A DNA stretch of 64,000 bases from Balanoglossus misakiensis (GCA_040954595.2 JBECUI020000025.1:124001-188000); one strand, 5' to 3'; positions 26,301 to 36,816 are shown, counted from the first letter of the stretch. The notes: a model not told the origin generated them from the letters alone. Numbers and translations are program-made.

Positions 26301-29119
26301 GAAATAGGTTGGGTATAATAGGGGTTCTCCGGTACACTGACAACTCTTCTTGTATGCTCTGCAGCTGATGGAGGTGATTTTGCATCCCTATTTCGTGCAA
26401 TGATAGTTATTTCGTAGACGGCTTGGGGGTCTAATCCCGTTATGGGGTACGACAAGACATCACCCACATCTCTCACAATCCTCGCCCCCCAATCCACCCT
26501 TCCCCACGAAAGAGTATATCCAGTTATTGTTGCAGTCCCACCACCAACAAGAGTTCCCGGATCAGTCGGAGCAGTCCAACCCACCGTTACTCGATACCTT
26601 CTGTCCGGATCGACTCCTACAAAATTTATATTCCCTATACTCGGTACGGCAGGAGGAGTAGCCGCCTGTAGGATGGTCAATGTTATCCGGTCTCTTTTGC
26701 TGGTATCAAGGGTCGAAACTACTGTTACCTCAAGCGTTCCTGTTGATACCGCAGTTACTAGCCCATCAGTGCCTATGGTAGCAACCGTTTCGCCGGCTAC
26801 AGTAGGATTCTCGTTTTCTACTCCCCACTGTACTCCGAGATCACTGATATTTTCTGCTACAAGATCTGCTGCTAATGCAAGAGTAGTAGAAGTGGGTATG
26901 CTTTTATCCTCTTCGGTCAACGCACTGCCATTTGCCTTGGTTATATGGATAGAATAGACCCCGTTTGCAGTCAGGGTTACTACTGGGGACCAGCTACTGG
27001 TCAAATTCGAAACAGCTCTGTTTACTGCCATTATTTGTACATCATATTGTTCCGTACCTACTAAATTGCTCAGAGTAATGCTCGGACTATTCGAAACGGC
27101 ATCGGTCCACGGGTCGCTTGTGCCATGCACGCGATACTGAATATTGTACCGGCTAGAAACCAGATACCCATCAACATCCTTCCCCTGAACTTCATCCCAA
27201 GTAATCTTTAATGCTCCCAATCCCTTCTCTGCCGGATCTTTTACCACATTAGCGACACTTGGTGGTGCTTCTGCCTGCGAATCGTTAGTGCGTAACGTAA
27301 GTACGGTACTTTGAACCGAAATATCAATATCTGTTGCCGTAATGACTACAAAGTAGTTGGTTCCTGGACTCAAGCCGCTCAGGAGTACACTCCATGTATT
27401 TCCCACTAATATCGGCGTATGTTTGTTTGCTTCACTAATAAGATCAGTTTCACTTGTCGAGAGATAGACACGGTAGGTCAGTGGCACAGACGAGAGGATC
27501 GGCCAGTTAAAATCTATGCTTGTCCTTGTTACTCTTGGAGCAATAATTCCAAATCCGGGAACAAAAATCGATATTTCTGCCCTCTTCGTCTGGTCTGCTG
27601 CAGCTACTGCTTGAACAGTAGCACTTCCGTCTGATAATGCTGTTACCAGTCCGTTGCTCACCCGAATGATGCTCGGATCACTGCTTGTCCAGATAACATT
27701 GCTATTCTCAACATTGACCCAGGTATCATCTGGAATCAAAAGCTGTGTACTCTCTCCTGCTGGAAGAGTCAAGGACAAAACTGCACCATTACTGTCGTGG
27801 ATAACAAGATCACGGATTCCATTGGCTGAAAATGGTCCTGCCTCAGTCCAATCACTTACCAATGCCTGATTCCCACTATTGAGTGCCCGTATCCGGACTT
27901 CATAGTTTTCTGTTCCATCCAATCCACTGAGTGTTCTGCTGAGCCCCGCTCCAACTGATCCGTCAGGGGCACTGAGCCATTCGATTGCCCCCTCTTTTCT
28001 GTATTCCACTTGGTAGATGCTTCCAATAAAATTTCCATCGGAATCGGTGCCTTGTTGTAATTCCTGTTCCCAGATGATTGTTAGTGAGTCGATCGTCTTT
28101 TCGCTGAGTAACTTTGTTATGGACGAGATGACACCAGGGGGACCTGCGATTGTTTCTAGTGTTTGAATAGGAAGAACAGCACTGTTTTCAACAATATTCC
28201 CTCCTGTTGCGCTTACCGTAATATAATAGGTAGTTCTTGCAGTGAGCCCATCAAGGTATAAGCCCCATTTATTGAGTTCCGCGTCGAATGTCGGTGCTTC
28301 CTGTTTGTAAGAATCGTCTATAAGAATATCAACCGAGGGCGGTTCTTCTGTTGTGAGATAGACAAAGTAGGTCAGATCAGGAGCAATGGGGCTCCAACTC
28401 AGATTTATTGTAGTAGCAGAAAGATCATATTCGATGTTCAAGGTTCCGACAAAGGTTTGAATGCGTTCCGGTGCGGTAATGACAGTCGATCGTCCGTTCT
28501 CATAACGTACACTCACGGCAAGAGAATACTCAATTCCCAGCTCTAACCCTGATATGGTATGGCTTATTTTTGTGACGTCATCAATCGAAATTTCCTGTGT
28601 TACACCGCCAGTTGGGGTCAGATAAATACTATATCCAATCGGGTCTTGTGCAGGACTGCTGGGGGGATCCCAAGTAACTATAATTTCTTCAGAGGGATTA
28701 TTACCCGGTAGAGCAGTAATCTTCTTGGCAGTACTTCCCGCGTCAATAAACTCACCTGTTTGCGGGGTGGAAAGGTGAATGGCTTCCGAAATTCCTCCGT
28801 CTTTATGTACAGTAAGCTCTACTTTGTAGGAGGTATTTGCAGAAAGGTCAAGCCCGGTAAAGGTATGAGTAGTGGTCTCTGCCTGTTCTTCTGCAATAAT
28901 CGTCCCATCCGGTGCCTTGAGGGTAACGGTATAGGTGTATGCCTCCTGATCTGGTGCTAGCCATGAAACAGAAATCTCATCAGCAGCCGAAAAGCGAACT
29001 GTGAGATCAGTAGCAGGATTGACGAGGGGAGCAGTCGAAGTAGTAAGACCCCCACACGAAACAACAAACACAAAAAAAACAACAAGAAAAGTTGTTGCGA
29101 TGGACCCAGAACGCATCAT
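23396..29119 (-). CDS. Giant surface lipoprotein C (same family)
   Basis: Start at MMRSG (29119); lipobox VVSC; first FN3 close to A/B; family motifs YFSIGDIANPFLF, DIYTWRDLQAM and LWDT...YFGDQP. Confidence 0.87.
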   Translation of the reverse strand: MMRSGSIATTFLVVFFVFVVSCGGLTTSTAPLVNPATDLTVRFSAADEISVSWLAPDQEAYTYTVTLKAPDGTIIAEEQAETTTHTFTGLDLSANTSYKVELTVHKDGGISEAIHLSTPQTGEFIDAGSTAKKITALPGNNPSEEIIVTWDPPSSPAQDPIGYSIYLTPTGGVTQEISIDDVTKISHTISGLELGIEYSLAVSVRYENGRSTVITAPERIQTFVGTLNIEYDLSATTINLSWSPIAPDLTYFVYLTTEEPPSVDILIDDSYKQEAPTFDAELNKWGLYLDGLTARTTYYITVSATGGNIVENSAVLPIQTLETIAGPPGVISSITKLLSEKTIDSLTIIWEQELQQGTDSDGNFIGSIYQVEYRKEGAIEWLSAPDGSVGAGLSRTLSGLDGTENYEVRIRALNSGNQALVSDWTEAGPFSANGIRDLVIHDSNGAVLSLTLPAGESTQLLIPDDTWVNVENSNVIWTSSDPSIIRVSNGLVTALSDGSATVQAVAAADQTKRAEISIFVPGFGIIAPRVTRTSIDFNWPILSSVPLTYRVYLSTSETDLISEANKHTPILVGNTWSVLLSGLSPGTNYFVVITATDIDISVQSTVLTLRTNDSQAEAPPSVANVVKDPAEKGLGALKITWDEVQGKDVDGYLVSSRYNIQYRVHGTSDPWTDAVSNSPSITLSNLVGTEQYDVQIMAVNRAVSNLTSSWSPVVTLTANGVYSIHITKANGSALTEEDKSIPTSTTLALAADLVAENISDLGVQWGVENENPTVAGETVATIGTDGLVTAVSTGTLEVTVVSTLDTSKRDRITLTILQAATPPAVPSIGNINFVGVDPDRRYRVTVGWTAPTDPGTLVGGGTATITGYTLSWGRVDWGARIVRDVGDVLSYPITGLDPQAVYEITIIARNRDAKSPPSAAEHTRRVVSVPENPYYTQPISKVYGTVGIYHLDNREPLLNIAQGEHEWNYELHSVSPEQSGFSVANYNSNQYHNYFGRLYVNKTVPVGTYQIETKITHDTYWGEIIVSATVSVTLIQLNTYHLAYGTLPDAREGVAQSYQPIRNTIPTAAAPTYSITAISGSLPAEISIDADGTIQVAASVASGTYPVRVTATPTNSNYGGTRTAELTIIVVGSNAITGSITYPVIDHPYKDVAPKTYTATVENLPSGLTADLLSYSITSVRRNDIVLPSFTGIVTIDATGMVTMATSAPAGRYEIQIEATNSGYSGVLVTALSGTVAKISLPVDAFDYGILARVPSNTTTTYLPQTNNLPTDTGTKIYSLAPSISGVSINGGTGEITVDDTTVPSGYQLQVTLFTDNYEDKTVDLYLYIGDSNLIYKGNFHAVSQAYFSIGDIANPFLFSLADSTGTGTTAKIEIGDGTSIFYDSGDTIDTVTVDSAGNVGIGPIGANQQNMDWNWAVLNGITTVQIRVSVTDGSNSDSKTVSISKSGDGDIYTWRDLQAMADKLDGTYELKADIDFPPLGISGLPSTGFIPVGRTSAAFTGSLNGGAGYVIRNFVINDTTRTRAGLFGLATGNFASNLVFIDPSVYAKRIAGVLAGEGRSGTVDSVHIRVTKPQDVVRTTGVITLNVYYTGTYIGGIMGISNGMHLRQVENAGNVNGAVGGMVGGLVGQAKDAHVEGWTSGDVIGQDHTGGLAGEIFEDPQDSEESETRLAGYSLGKITGEEDVGGLAGYAGCNVYGYSQGEVSGTNRIGGLVGALWNWDAFGYSTATIEVRRTNSYPAYGGIAGQSENARVLTGLSFITRIGLDQARFGGLTGEIWIANKLELYGYYSAVTTGLSAGKAYYALSSSNTLINHEYGLLSSERNLERRGSGTPDDPYTYWDDDGDSTTITAGKELFTNTHGFTIHQNSGGTADHFGDWVWLGNGKAPGLWDTDEKRYFGDQPIYKEE

Positions 29120-29317
29120 AACCCCCAAAAAATAAAAAGTATACAAGAAGTATAATGCAAACAAGCAACATTTTCAATGTTTTTTATCAACAGGCTGTAT
29201 TTTTACAGCAAAATAAGTACAACATTGTTTATGGGAATTTCAAAAATATTGCAACATGTAATATATTTTGTTTTGGCGATGTATGTAGCAAGATCCACCA
29301 AGGTAAATGCAAAAGAT

Positions 29318-29351
29318 AAAAAAAGCCCCAGCCATACATGACCGGGACTTG
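29318..29351 (-). terminator. Intrinsic terminator of lipoprotein D
   Basis: Homologous to the A/B terminator (CATACATGACCGGGACTTG), with a T run. Confidence 0.75.
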
Positions 29352-29364
29352 TCCCTATACTGCT

Positions 29365-32300
29365 TTATTGTGCCTTATACTCCGGCTGACTACCGAAGTA
29401 GTATTTATTTGCTGTATCCCAGAGACTTGGCCATTTTCCGTCGCCGCTCCAGACATAGTCACCGATCTGGGCGGGTAAATTTTCGTCATGAAGATCGGGG
29501 CTAGAAACAGAAAAATTGAAATCGCTTATAGATACACCATTTTCATCATGTGTCTTTTCAAAAACTTCTATATCATCGCTTGTATCTGCAACGTTTTTAA
29601 TATCATGATAGGTAAATACATCCCCTGAACTTCGTTGGACAAGATTATCTTCAGTGCTCACCATGGCATCAGAATAGATAGATAATAGGCTTCCCCAACC
29701 TACTAAATTGTTGGTACCACTTGCAGTGCTGTCGACATAAACACGAGCTATACCGGAAGAAGCGTTTCCGATAATAGTACCTGATCTATCTCCGCTTACG
29801 ACTCCTGTCATGTAACCGGTAACAATACAGGTAGCATCAATGTTTCCGACCATTCCCCCGGCATTAGTGCCGGTTACTGTACCAGTTACGTACCCACTTG
29901 CCGTACTCCCATTGAGAAACATGCTGCCTGATAATCCCCCAACGTATTGAGAACCCGTAACATCACCAGTAAAATAGCCAATTATTTTGCTTCCATCTTG
30001 GTTGCTACCGACAAGACCGCCTGTACTGTTTTCGCCACTAATTGACCCCGTTACATAGCCAATAACAGTGCTTCCTGTGTTAATTCCTGCCAAGCCTCCA
30101 AAAGCAGAACTACCCGTTTGGGGATCTGTTGCTGTTACCGTTCCGGTAAAATAACCAATAAGGGTTCCGGATGCGTTTTCTCCAACTAACCCACCAACAA
30201 ACTGACTACCACTCACAAGACCTGTTGCATGTCCACGTAGTACGGAATTGTCGTTCTTACCAACTAAACCCCCGACATAATCATTGCCACTGACCGAACT
30301 TGATGAGTATCCATTGATAGTACCCGATTCATTATATCCAACAAGACCGCCAGCATATCGGTTGGTTGTAAAAACAGATGCTTCGGAATATACATCCAAT
30401 AATATACCCTCTGAACGAGTAACTCCGACAATGCCACCAATATACCCGAGAGTATGCGCCGCTGTTTCCGACCGGATTGCCCACTCTTCATGTGTCTGTT
30501 GTACACCTACATCCATAACAGTTCCACGTACCAGTTCTCCGGTTAGTACCCCAATATATGAATTTGCAGTAATAATCGGATCAATAAATATTATGTCTCG
30601 CACTACTACATCTGCTTTATCAACCGAACTAATAGCAGCAAATAATCCCGCTCTATCTAATGCAGGATCGTTTATGTACAACCCTGTAATAGTATAATAA
30701 TCATCAGAGAGATCACCCGGGGTATTTGCCCCACTCGGATTACTTCCCGTTAAACTACCAGTGAAATGGGTATTTTCGTCACCCAATGGATCAAAGCCAG
30801 TATGCGGGAATCCATATTGGTCGGTAATAACGGGAAAAATGATATCCGTCTTAAGGGAGTAGTCGCCATCCAGATTATGATTGATAGCCTGTAAATCCCG
30901 CCATCCGTAAATATCCCCAGACCCTGCAAGATTTTTTTCTTCAGTTACCGTCTTCGTTGTACCGGGAATAGTAATATCTACAGCTATTTGTACATTTGTT
31001 ATAGCTGGATCAATACTAGTCCAGTCCGGATTATACGACATTTGTGGACCAATCCCTATGGCATCATTAACCATTGTAAGAAGTGCACTGTCGCTATAAA
31101 GAACAGTTGTAAGGTCATCAAGATTTCTGATGGTTAGAAGAACAGTCATATTATCTATTGTATCTCGTCCGGAAAGCAAAAATAGGTAGGGATTATCAAT
31201 ATCCCCTATGCTGAAATATTCCTGTGCAATACTCCCCATATCGGGCTTATACTCAACACTTAATCCCTGCACCGTTATTTCGACCTCGGATAATACTTCA
31301 CCCGTGTATCCATCCACCGTAGCCTGCACCAATACAACAAATATTCCAACAGGAACAGTCGCATTTACCCTGAGAGATCCGTCTGCAAGAATATCAAAGC
31401 CGGGATTCGTAATCTCTACTCCATCTTCTGTAACAGTCGTAATGGCATACTGTAAATTATTTCGTGAAAATCCTTGACTAGATAATACCATGGGCTCAAA
31501 AATTTTCTCTGTTCCCGCATTGACTGGATCAGATGTTGTATACGCAAGGGTAATGCTGCGTAATACCGGAGTAGTAGCAAACATGGTAAGTTCCAAACGT
31601 ACCTTGAAATTTCCTGAGTTTGGAGTACCGGTAACAATTACGGGGTAGTTTCCTTCTTGAATATTGGAAACAACTTGTATGTCGCCACTGGTACTGTCAA
31701 TCGTAATACCTTCTATTTCTCCTGTTACAGGAGCAATACTGTACGTCATCTCTTCGTTGGCAGGGAGATCGTCCTTGTTTAGAGTAAATACGGTTTCTTC
31801 TCCAATCAAAATTCGCAGCGGATACGTCTCATAATACAAATTCGGACTGACGACAACTTCATAGATACGACTGGTAATACTACCAACATAACCCGCGGCA
31901 GTCGCCTGAATAGTAATATTGTATATACCAATCGGAACCGCAGGTCCAACTGTAATTGCACCATCAACTGTAAATCCCGGGTTTTCGATTACTATGCCCT
32001 TCTCTTGTACAGAATTTACAGTATAAAGCAGATCACCTGCCGCCAACTCTGCCGGCAACCCAGTTGCCTGTACCTCATATGTCTTATCCATGCCGTATAC
32101 TGCATATGAAGAGGTATCGTATCTTATATTGCCACTCAGACTTGCTTGCTCGACTTGAACTACGACATCAACAAAAGCCTGTACTGACGGATCGGAAAGC
32201 AAAGCGGCAATAATACGTGCATTTCCTACATCAATGGCAGTTACCAGTCCATCGGCAACAGTCGCAACCGTAGGATTACTACTATACCAAGAAAATTCCT

Positions 32301-33807
32301 CGTCTTCACTTGCCCCGACCGCTTCAACCGTCAATTGTTTTGTATCTCTTCTCTTGGTAAAAAGCACCTCATCGGGAGCAGGTAATAGCCCGAGACGGAG
32401 TATCAGCCCCCTTACTCCATTGCTTGTAAACGTTTTAATAGAACTTTCACTGTACCAAGCAGCATTCTCCTTGTTTATTGCAATAATTTTTACCTCGTAC
32501 ACAGCGCCATTCTCTAACCCTCTGATAGTAAGGTCGGTACGAGCAAGACTTTCAGGTGATAGGTGATACCACTCTGTTGCTCCTGAGAGGCGGTATAGAA
32601 CATTGTACCGGGTTTCGGCATCACTCACTCCATCTGGAGCCAAGCCATCGCTAACCGGATCCCATCTGAGAGTTAATGTTCCAGCTTCTGTATTTGAATT
32701 ATCTACGTTTATATTCTCTACGATACCTGGCGCTGTCGATGCATCATTCGGATCGAATGTACGTACCTGTATAACATCACTGACCAACAAATCCGTATTC
32801 TCTTCGGAGTTTGTTGTAACAACAACCACGTAGTAAGTACTCGCATCTGCTAAGCCCTCTATGGCAATACTGGTATCTTGGGCATTCGGAGTATTTTGTC
32901 TATTTCCCAATGTTGCTATCTCTTCTGCTGTGCCGAGAGTATCAGATAAATAGACCTCGTAACGAGGTTGAATGACATCACCAGTAGCTGCAGTACCCGG
33001 TTGTACACCTGTCCATGATAAAACTAAATTTTGCGGGGAAGAATCAACAACAATAATGTTTTCCACTTTTCCAGGTATGGTAGCCAGCGATGGAGTGCTT
33101 ATTGTTAGTATCTCGCTTTTTTCCCCCTCTAAGCCTACGCTGTTGACCGCAGCGATCCAAATGCTATACGTACTATTTCCCTTGAGATCGATAAGAAGAA
33201 ACTGCTCAGAACTATAGACCACCAACGTTTGCACTTCACTGCCCGCTATTTCCCAGTACAATATGGAATGAGTAATAACAGCAGTTTCGCCGTCTGCTTC
33301 TCGCCCCGGATCAGGCGATGTCCAACTCAGTGCTACACGGGCACTATTGCCGTCGGGAGTTACATTCCCCGATACACCAGTTGGAATTCCAGGATAGGTT
33401 GCTCTATTGGTTGTCATGTTCCCATTCTGCGGTCGCACTTCCTCAGAATTTCCTGTGGCAGTCGCAATTGCAACCCCAACTTCATAACTCGCATCTTGAC
33501 TCAGACCCGTCATTTTGTACGAGTATACGTTTTCACTAACCATATCTACTTCGGAAGGTTCAAGGTAATGAATGATAGGATCACCACCATCAAGGGGATG
33601 CATTTTTAATATATAAGCATGAACAGCTTCCGCCTGTTTTACAGTCCACGTAATAACTGCACTATCGCTTGTAATGAGACTGACTCGAACATCGGTAACG
33701 GTATCTATCTTATATGCAGGAATAGTACTGGTACTTCCGCAAGAAATAAATGTTGCACAAATAAGTAATACTAATGCTCTCCCACTCAAAAAACAATACA
33801 TATGCAT
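29365..33807 (-). CDS. Surface lipoprotein D (same family), 1480 aa
   Basis: GAAGGAG RBS; lipobox FISC; FN3 and Big_2-like domains; YFSIGDIDNPYLF; many YVGGLVG.N repeats; WPSLWDT...YFGSQPEYKAQ. Confidence 0.88.
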   Translation of the reverse strand: MHMYCFLSGRALVLLICATFISCGSTSTIPAYKIDTVTDVRVSLITSDSAVITWTVKQAEAVHAYILKMHPLDGGDPIIHYLEPSEVDMVSENVYSYKMTGLSQDASYEVGVAIATATGNSEEVRPQNGNMTTNRATYPGIPTGVSGNVTPDGNSARVALSWTSPDPGREADGETAVITHSILYWEIAGSEVQTLVVYSSEQFLLIDLKGNSTYSIWIAAVNSVGLEGEKSEILTISTPSLATIPGKVENIIVVDSSPQNLVLSWTGVQPGTAATGDVIQPRYEVYLSDTLGTAEEIATLGNRQNTPNAQDTSIAIEGLADASTYYVVVVTTNSEENTDLLVSDVIQVRTFDPNDASTAPGIVENINVDNSNTEAGTLTLRWDPVSDGLAPDGVSDAETRYNVLYRLSGATEWYHLSPESLARTDLTIRGLENGAVYEVKIIAINKENAAWYSESSIKTFTSNGVRGLILRLGLLPAPDEVLFTKRRDTKQLTVEAVGASEDEEFSWYSSNPTVATVADGLVTAIDVGNARIIAALLSDPSVQAFVDVVVQVEQASLSGNIRYDTSSYAVYGMDKTYEVQATGLPAELAAGDLLYTVNSVQEKGIVIENPGFTVDGAITVGPAVPIGIYNITIQATAAGYVGSITSRIYEVVVSPNLYYETYPLRILIGEETVFTLNKDDLPANEEMTYSIAPVTGEIEGITIDSTSGDIQVVSNIQEGNYPVIVTGTPNSGNFKVRLELTMFATTPVLRSITLAYTTSDPVNAGTEKIFEPMVLSSQGFSRNNLQYAITTVTEDGVEITNPGFDILADGSLRVNATVPVGIFVVLVQATVDGYTGEVLSEVEITVQGLSVEYKPDMGSIAQEYFSIGDIDNPYLFLLSGRDTIDNMTVLLTIRNLDDLTTVLYSDSALLTMVNDAIGIGPQMSYNPDWTSIDPAITNVQIAVDITIPGTTKTVTEEKNLAGSGDIYGWRDLQAINHNLDGDYSLKTDIIFPVITDQYGFPHTGFDPLGDENTHFTGSLTGSNPSGANTPGDLSDDYYTITGLYINDPALDRAGLFAAISSVDKADVVVRDIIFIDPIITANSYIGVLTGELVRGTVMDVGVQQTHEEWAIRSETAAHTLGYIGGIVGVTRSEGILLDVYSEASVFTTNRYAGGLVGYNESGTINGYSSSSVSGNDYVGGLVGKNDNSVLRGHATGLVSGSQFVGGLVGENASGTLIGYFTGTVTATDPQTGSSAFGGLAGINTGSTVIGYVTGSISGENSTGGLVGSNQDGSKIIGYFTGDVTGSQYVGGLSGSMFLNGSTASGYVTGTVTGTNAGGMVGNIDATCIVTGYMTGVVSGDRSGTIIGNASSGIARVYVDSTASGTNNLVGWGSLLSIYSDAMVSTEDNLVQRSSGDVFTYHDIKNVADTSDDIEVFEKTHDENGVSISDFNFSVSSPDLHDENLPAQIGDYVWSGDGKWPSLWDTANKYYFGSQPEYKAQ

Positions 33808-33811
33808 CTCC

Positions 33812-33870
33812 TTCGTATTGTGTAAAGCAATACGAATTACATTGTATATATTATAATAAATATATACAAT
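33812..33870. promoter_or_regulatory. Two inverted repeats upstream of gene D
   Basis: TTCGTATTG-N7-CAATACGAA (33812-33836) and ATTGTATATA-N10-TATATACAAT (33841-33870). Confidence 0.45.
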
Positions 33871-33876
33871 AGATAT

Positions 33877-34746
33877 TTATCTATTATTTCCCTTATCAGA
33901 TATTTCTACTTTTCCTACTCGAGTATGAAGAAAGCCCTCTTCTTCAAGCTGAGATACCGCTTGGGCAATTCGGGATACGTCGCTTTGCCCAGTCTCAGCT
34001 GCTATCATTTTTTCCAAAACACCATAGGGAATGGATTGTTCAGCCGCTACCAATCGCAATGTAGCACCACGTAACTGGCGATTGCTTCCATGGAAAGGTT
34101 TCTGCCGAGTATAGTGAAAACTACGACGGTTCGGATCGGCATCAAGAGTCCTTGCCAACATCGTGCCGTAATCCATAAGGGCATAGTACCATATACGAGC
34201 ATTGCCAGGCACCAGAGTCGCTTTAATAAAGGGAAGCAAGTCAGAATCGCGTACCCCCACTGCTCCGGGGAAAAAGTGATGAAGAAAGACCCGCCGTATA
34301 TTGGTTTCTACAAACACAGTTGGCATGTTATAGGCAAAGGCAAGGATTGATCCGGCAGTATTCTGTCCTATGCCGGGAAGAAGAAGCAGCTCTGCAATAG
34401 ATTGCGGAAGTACCCCATTATGTTCTTGTACAATAATCTGTGCAGATTCCCTTAGAAACCGTGCACGGCGATTGTATCCCATACCCTGCCATAGCAATAA
34501 AACTTGTGTCAAACTGGCATTTGCCAATTCAAGGAAACTAGGGAAAGCCTGCACAAACTCCGCAAACTTTTTTTCGACCCGAGCAACCTGTGTTTGCTGC
34601 AACATAACCTCGGATATAAATATCCGATACGGGCTAATGTCCCTGCGCCATGCTTGCACCCGTGCAGCCTTTTTATAGTAGGCTAAAACAATGTCTTGAA
34701 ATTCTTTAATCTTCTCAGCAGCAGGCTGACACTTATTTTGTTGCAC
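33877..34746 (-). CDS. mutY: A/G-specific adenine glycosylase (short MutY)
   Basis: Motifs [29 protein letters not shown], Hh[10 protein letters not shown] and VETNIRRV. Confidence 0.9.
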   Translation of the reverse strand: MQQNKCQPAAEKIKEFQDIVLAYYKKAARVQAWRRDISPYRIFISEVMLQQTQVARVEKKFAEFVQAFPSFLELANASLTQVLLLWQGMGYNRRARFLRESAQIIVQEHNGVLPQSIAELLLLPGIGQNTAGSILAFAYNMPTVFVETNIRRVFLHHFFPGAVGVRDSDLLPFIKATLVPGNARIWYYALMDYGTMLARTLDADPNRRSFHYTRQKPFHGSNRQLRGATLRLVAAEQSIPYGVLEKMIAAETGQSDVSRIAQAVSQLEEEGFLHTRVGKVEISDKGNNR

Positions 34747-35758
34747 GACGTCTTATACGATTCCACGTCGAAAAGATGCCGCAGGTCTTTCGTACACCGA
34801 TAAGAGTTTTTTGTGCTTCCTCGCGCATGCGTATCGTTCCTTCATGGATAATCTGCTCCACATAACCCGCTCGTGCAGAGAAATATTCTCGTTTCTCACG
34901 GATAGGATCGAGCACAGCATTCAGCACCTTGGCAAGCGAATCCTTTACCTCTACATCACCTATTTTTCCAGTACGGTACCGTTCTTTGAAATCCTCTACC
35001 TGCTCTTTGTTTGGGTTAAAGAAATCATGATAAATAAAAACCGGATTGCCCTCCACCGTACCGGGAATATCACTCCGAATCCGCTTTGGATCGGTATACA
35101 TAGAACGAACCTTCTTTATTACAGTCTTTTCATTATCACAGAGCATTATGGCATTACCAATTGACTTGGACATTTTTGCAGACCCGTCGGTTCCAAGAAG
35201 AGAAACCCCAACATGAGCCTCAGGAATGGGAAAAAATTCGCCATACAGATAATTAAACCGCTTCGCAATTTCTCGTGTCAGTTCGATATGAGATTCATTG
35301 TCTTTACCAACAGGAACAATATGTGCCTGCGGCAACAAAATATCAGCGCTTTGTAAAACCGGGTAGGCAAGAAGTCCAAGAGGCATCTCGGAAAGGTTTG
35401 CCGCCTTTGCCATATCCTTCAAACTCGGCAGTCGCTGTAGTCGCGGAACAGTAACTAACATCTCTAAGAGAAGTTTCAACTCGTAGATCTCCGGTACAGC
35501 CGATTGCAGATAGATCACTGACTTTGCAGGGTCGATGCCACATGCAAGATAATCTAACACAATATCAATGCAATGCCCAAAAACATCACTGATTGCTTCC
35601 TTCGTGTTTCTTGTTGTCAAAAGATGAAGATCCGCTAACAAAAAAAAGCATTCATATTCATCTTGCATCTTCACCCTACTTGCCAGCGAACCAATATAAT
35701 GCCCAAGATGAAGACTCCCAGTAGGACGATCTCCGGTTAGTAATCGTTTTCGATCCAT
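34733..35758 (-). CDS. trpS: Tryptophan--tRNA ligase
   Basis: Motifs [23 protein letters not shown] and KMSKS. Confidence 0.97.
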   Translation of the reverse strand: MDRKRLLTGDRPTGSLHLGHYIGSLASRVKMQDEYECFFLLADLHLLTTRNTKEAISDVFGHCIDIVLDYLACGIDPAKSVIYLQSAVPEIYELKLLLEMLVTVPRLQRLPSLKDMAKAANLSEMPLGLLAYPVLQSADILLPQAHIVPVGKDNESHIELTREIAKRFNYLYGEFFPIPEAHVGVSLLGTDGSAKMSKSIGNAIMLCDNEKTVIKKVRSMYTDPKRIRSDIPGTVEGNPVFIYHDFFNPNKEQVEDFKERYRTGKIGDVEVKDSLAKVLNAVLDPIREKREYFSARAGYVEQIIHEGTIRMREEAQKTLIGVRKTCGIFSTWNRIRRRATK

Positions 35759-35761
35759 AGT

Positions 35762-36814
35762 TTACCTCTTTTCTGCCGACATGAGCCGTGCAAGAAAACG
35801 GAGTGATGGTACATTCTCAAAAATGATCTTCAGCAATGCTGTAAGAGGAACAGCCATAAATGCACCGGCGACCCCCCATAACCAACTCCATAACAATAGG
35901 GAAAAAATAACTAATAGCGGACTAAATCCCATGTTTCTCCCTAATAAACGTGGTTCAATAATATTACCAAACACAATATGAATAAGGAGAAGAAACACAG
36001 CAACTGCAATAAGAGCTCCCATGCTTGGCAAGAACTGAATTGCAACAAAGATCAAACAAACAACTGAGACAAGAATTGAACCAATAAAGGGGACAAAATT
36101 AAATAAAAAGGTAAGCAGTGCCCATATTATTGCAAAGCGAACTTGAAACAATGAAAGCGTTATCAAGACCGCTAGCGCAGTAAAACAGCTGATAACAAAC
36201 TTCGTTGACATATAACGTCCTATCTGACGAGAAATGTGTCCTATACCAATCAAGAAGCGCATGGCCTGCTTCTTGTTCATTGATGAATGAATCTTATCGT
36301 AAAAATACTGCTCTTCGAGGAGAAGAAAAAAAAGGATAAAAAGGACTACAAGAAAACTGCTTAGAAAACTCATAAACCCGCCTGAAAAGTTTATTAATCC
36401 GTCCCTCATAGAAAGAAGAAACTCTTCATAGTTCAGAACAATAGAAAAATCCTGACCATAAAACTGAGAAATATAGCCTTGCCCACTCTTAATGAAGGAT
36501 TGCAAACGCTGTAAGAACTCCGGCAGATCAATAATAAAGGAACTAATACTTGAAAAGATAACAAATCCACCAAGGCAGCCTAAAAGAAATAAAAGCAGAA
36601 CAATGAAAAGCGCTGTAAAAAAGTTTGATAGATGTAACCGAGAAAACAAGGTTACAATAGGAAACACAATAAAAAATATAAATAACGCGATAAAAAATGG
36701 AACAAGAAATGGTTTTCCAACCACAAATACAAACCCAATTGCCACACTGGCAATAATCATTAATGAAACGGTCTGCGTCGAGCTTGGATTACGTGGGGGT
36801 ATTGGTGTGGACAT
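35762..36814 (-). CDS. AI-2E (PerM/UPF0118) family transporter
   Basis: Multi-TM protein with FLFNFVPFIGS, GNIIEPRLLG and WGVAGAFMAVPL. Confidence 0.9.
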   Translation of the reverse strand: MSTPIPPRNPSSTQTVSLMIIASVAIGFVFVVGKPFLVPFFIALFIFFIVFPIVTLFSRLHLSNFFTALFIVLLLFLLGCLGGFVIFSSISSFIIDLPEFLQRLQSFIKSGQGYISQFYGQDFSIVLNYEEFLLSMRDGLINFSGGFMSFLSSFLVVLFILFFLLLEEQYFYDKIHSSMNKKQAMRFLIGIGHISRQIGRYMSTKFVISCFTALAVLITLSLFQVRFAIIWALLTFLFNFVPFIGSILVSVVCLIFVAIQFLPSMGALIAVAVFLLLIHIVFGNIIEPRLLGRNMGFSPLLVIFSLLLWSWLWGVAGAFMAVPLTALLKIIFENVPSLRFLARLMSAEKR

Positions 36815-36816
36815 TG

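Noticed and set aside
9296-33856. Many short antisense or overlapping ORFs, including ones repeated in A and B
   Set aside because: They are shadows of long Thr/Ser/Val-rich genes. They recur only because of the duplication and have no motifs.
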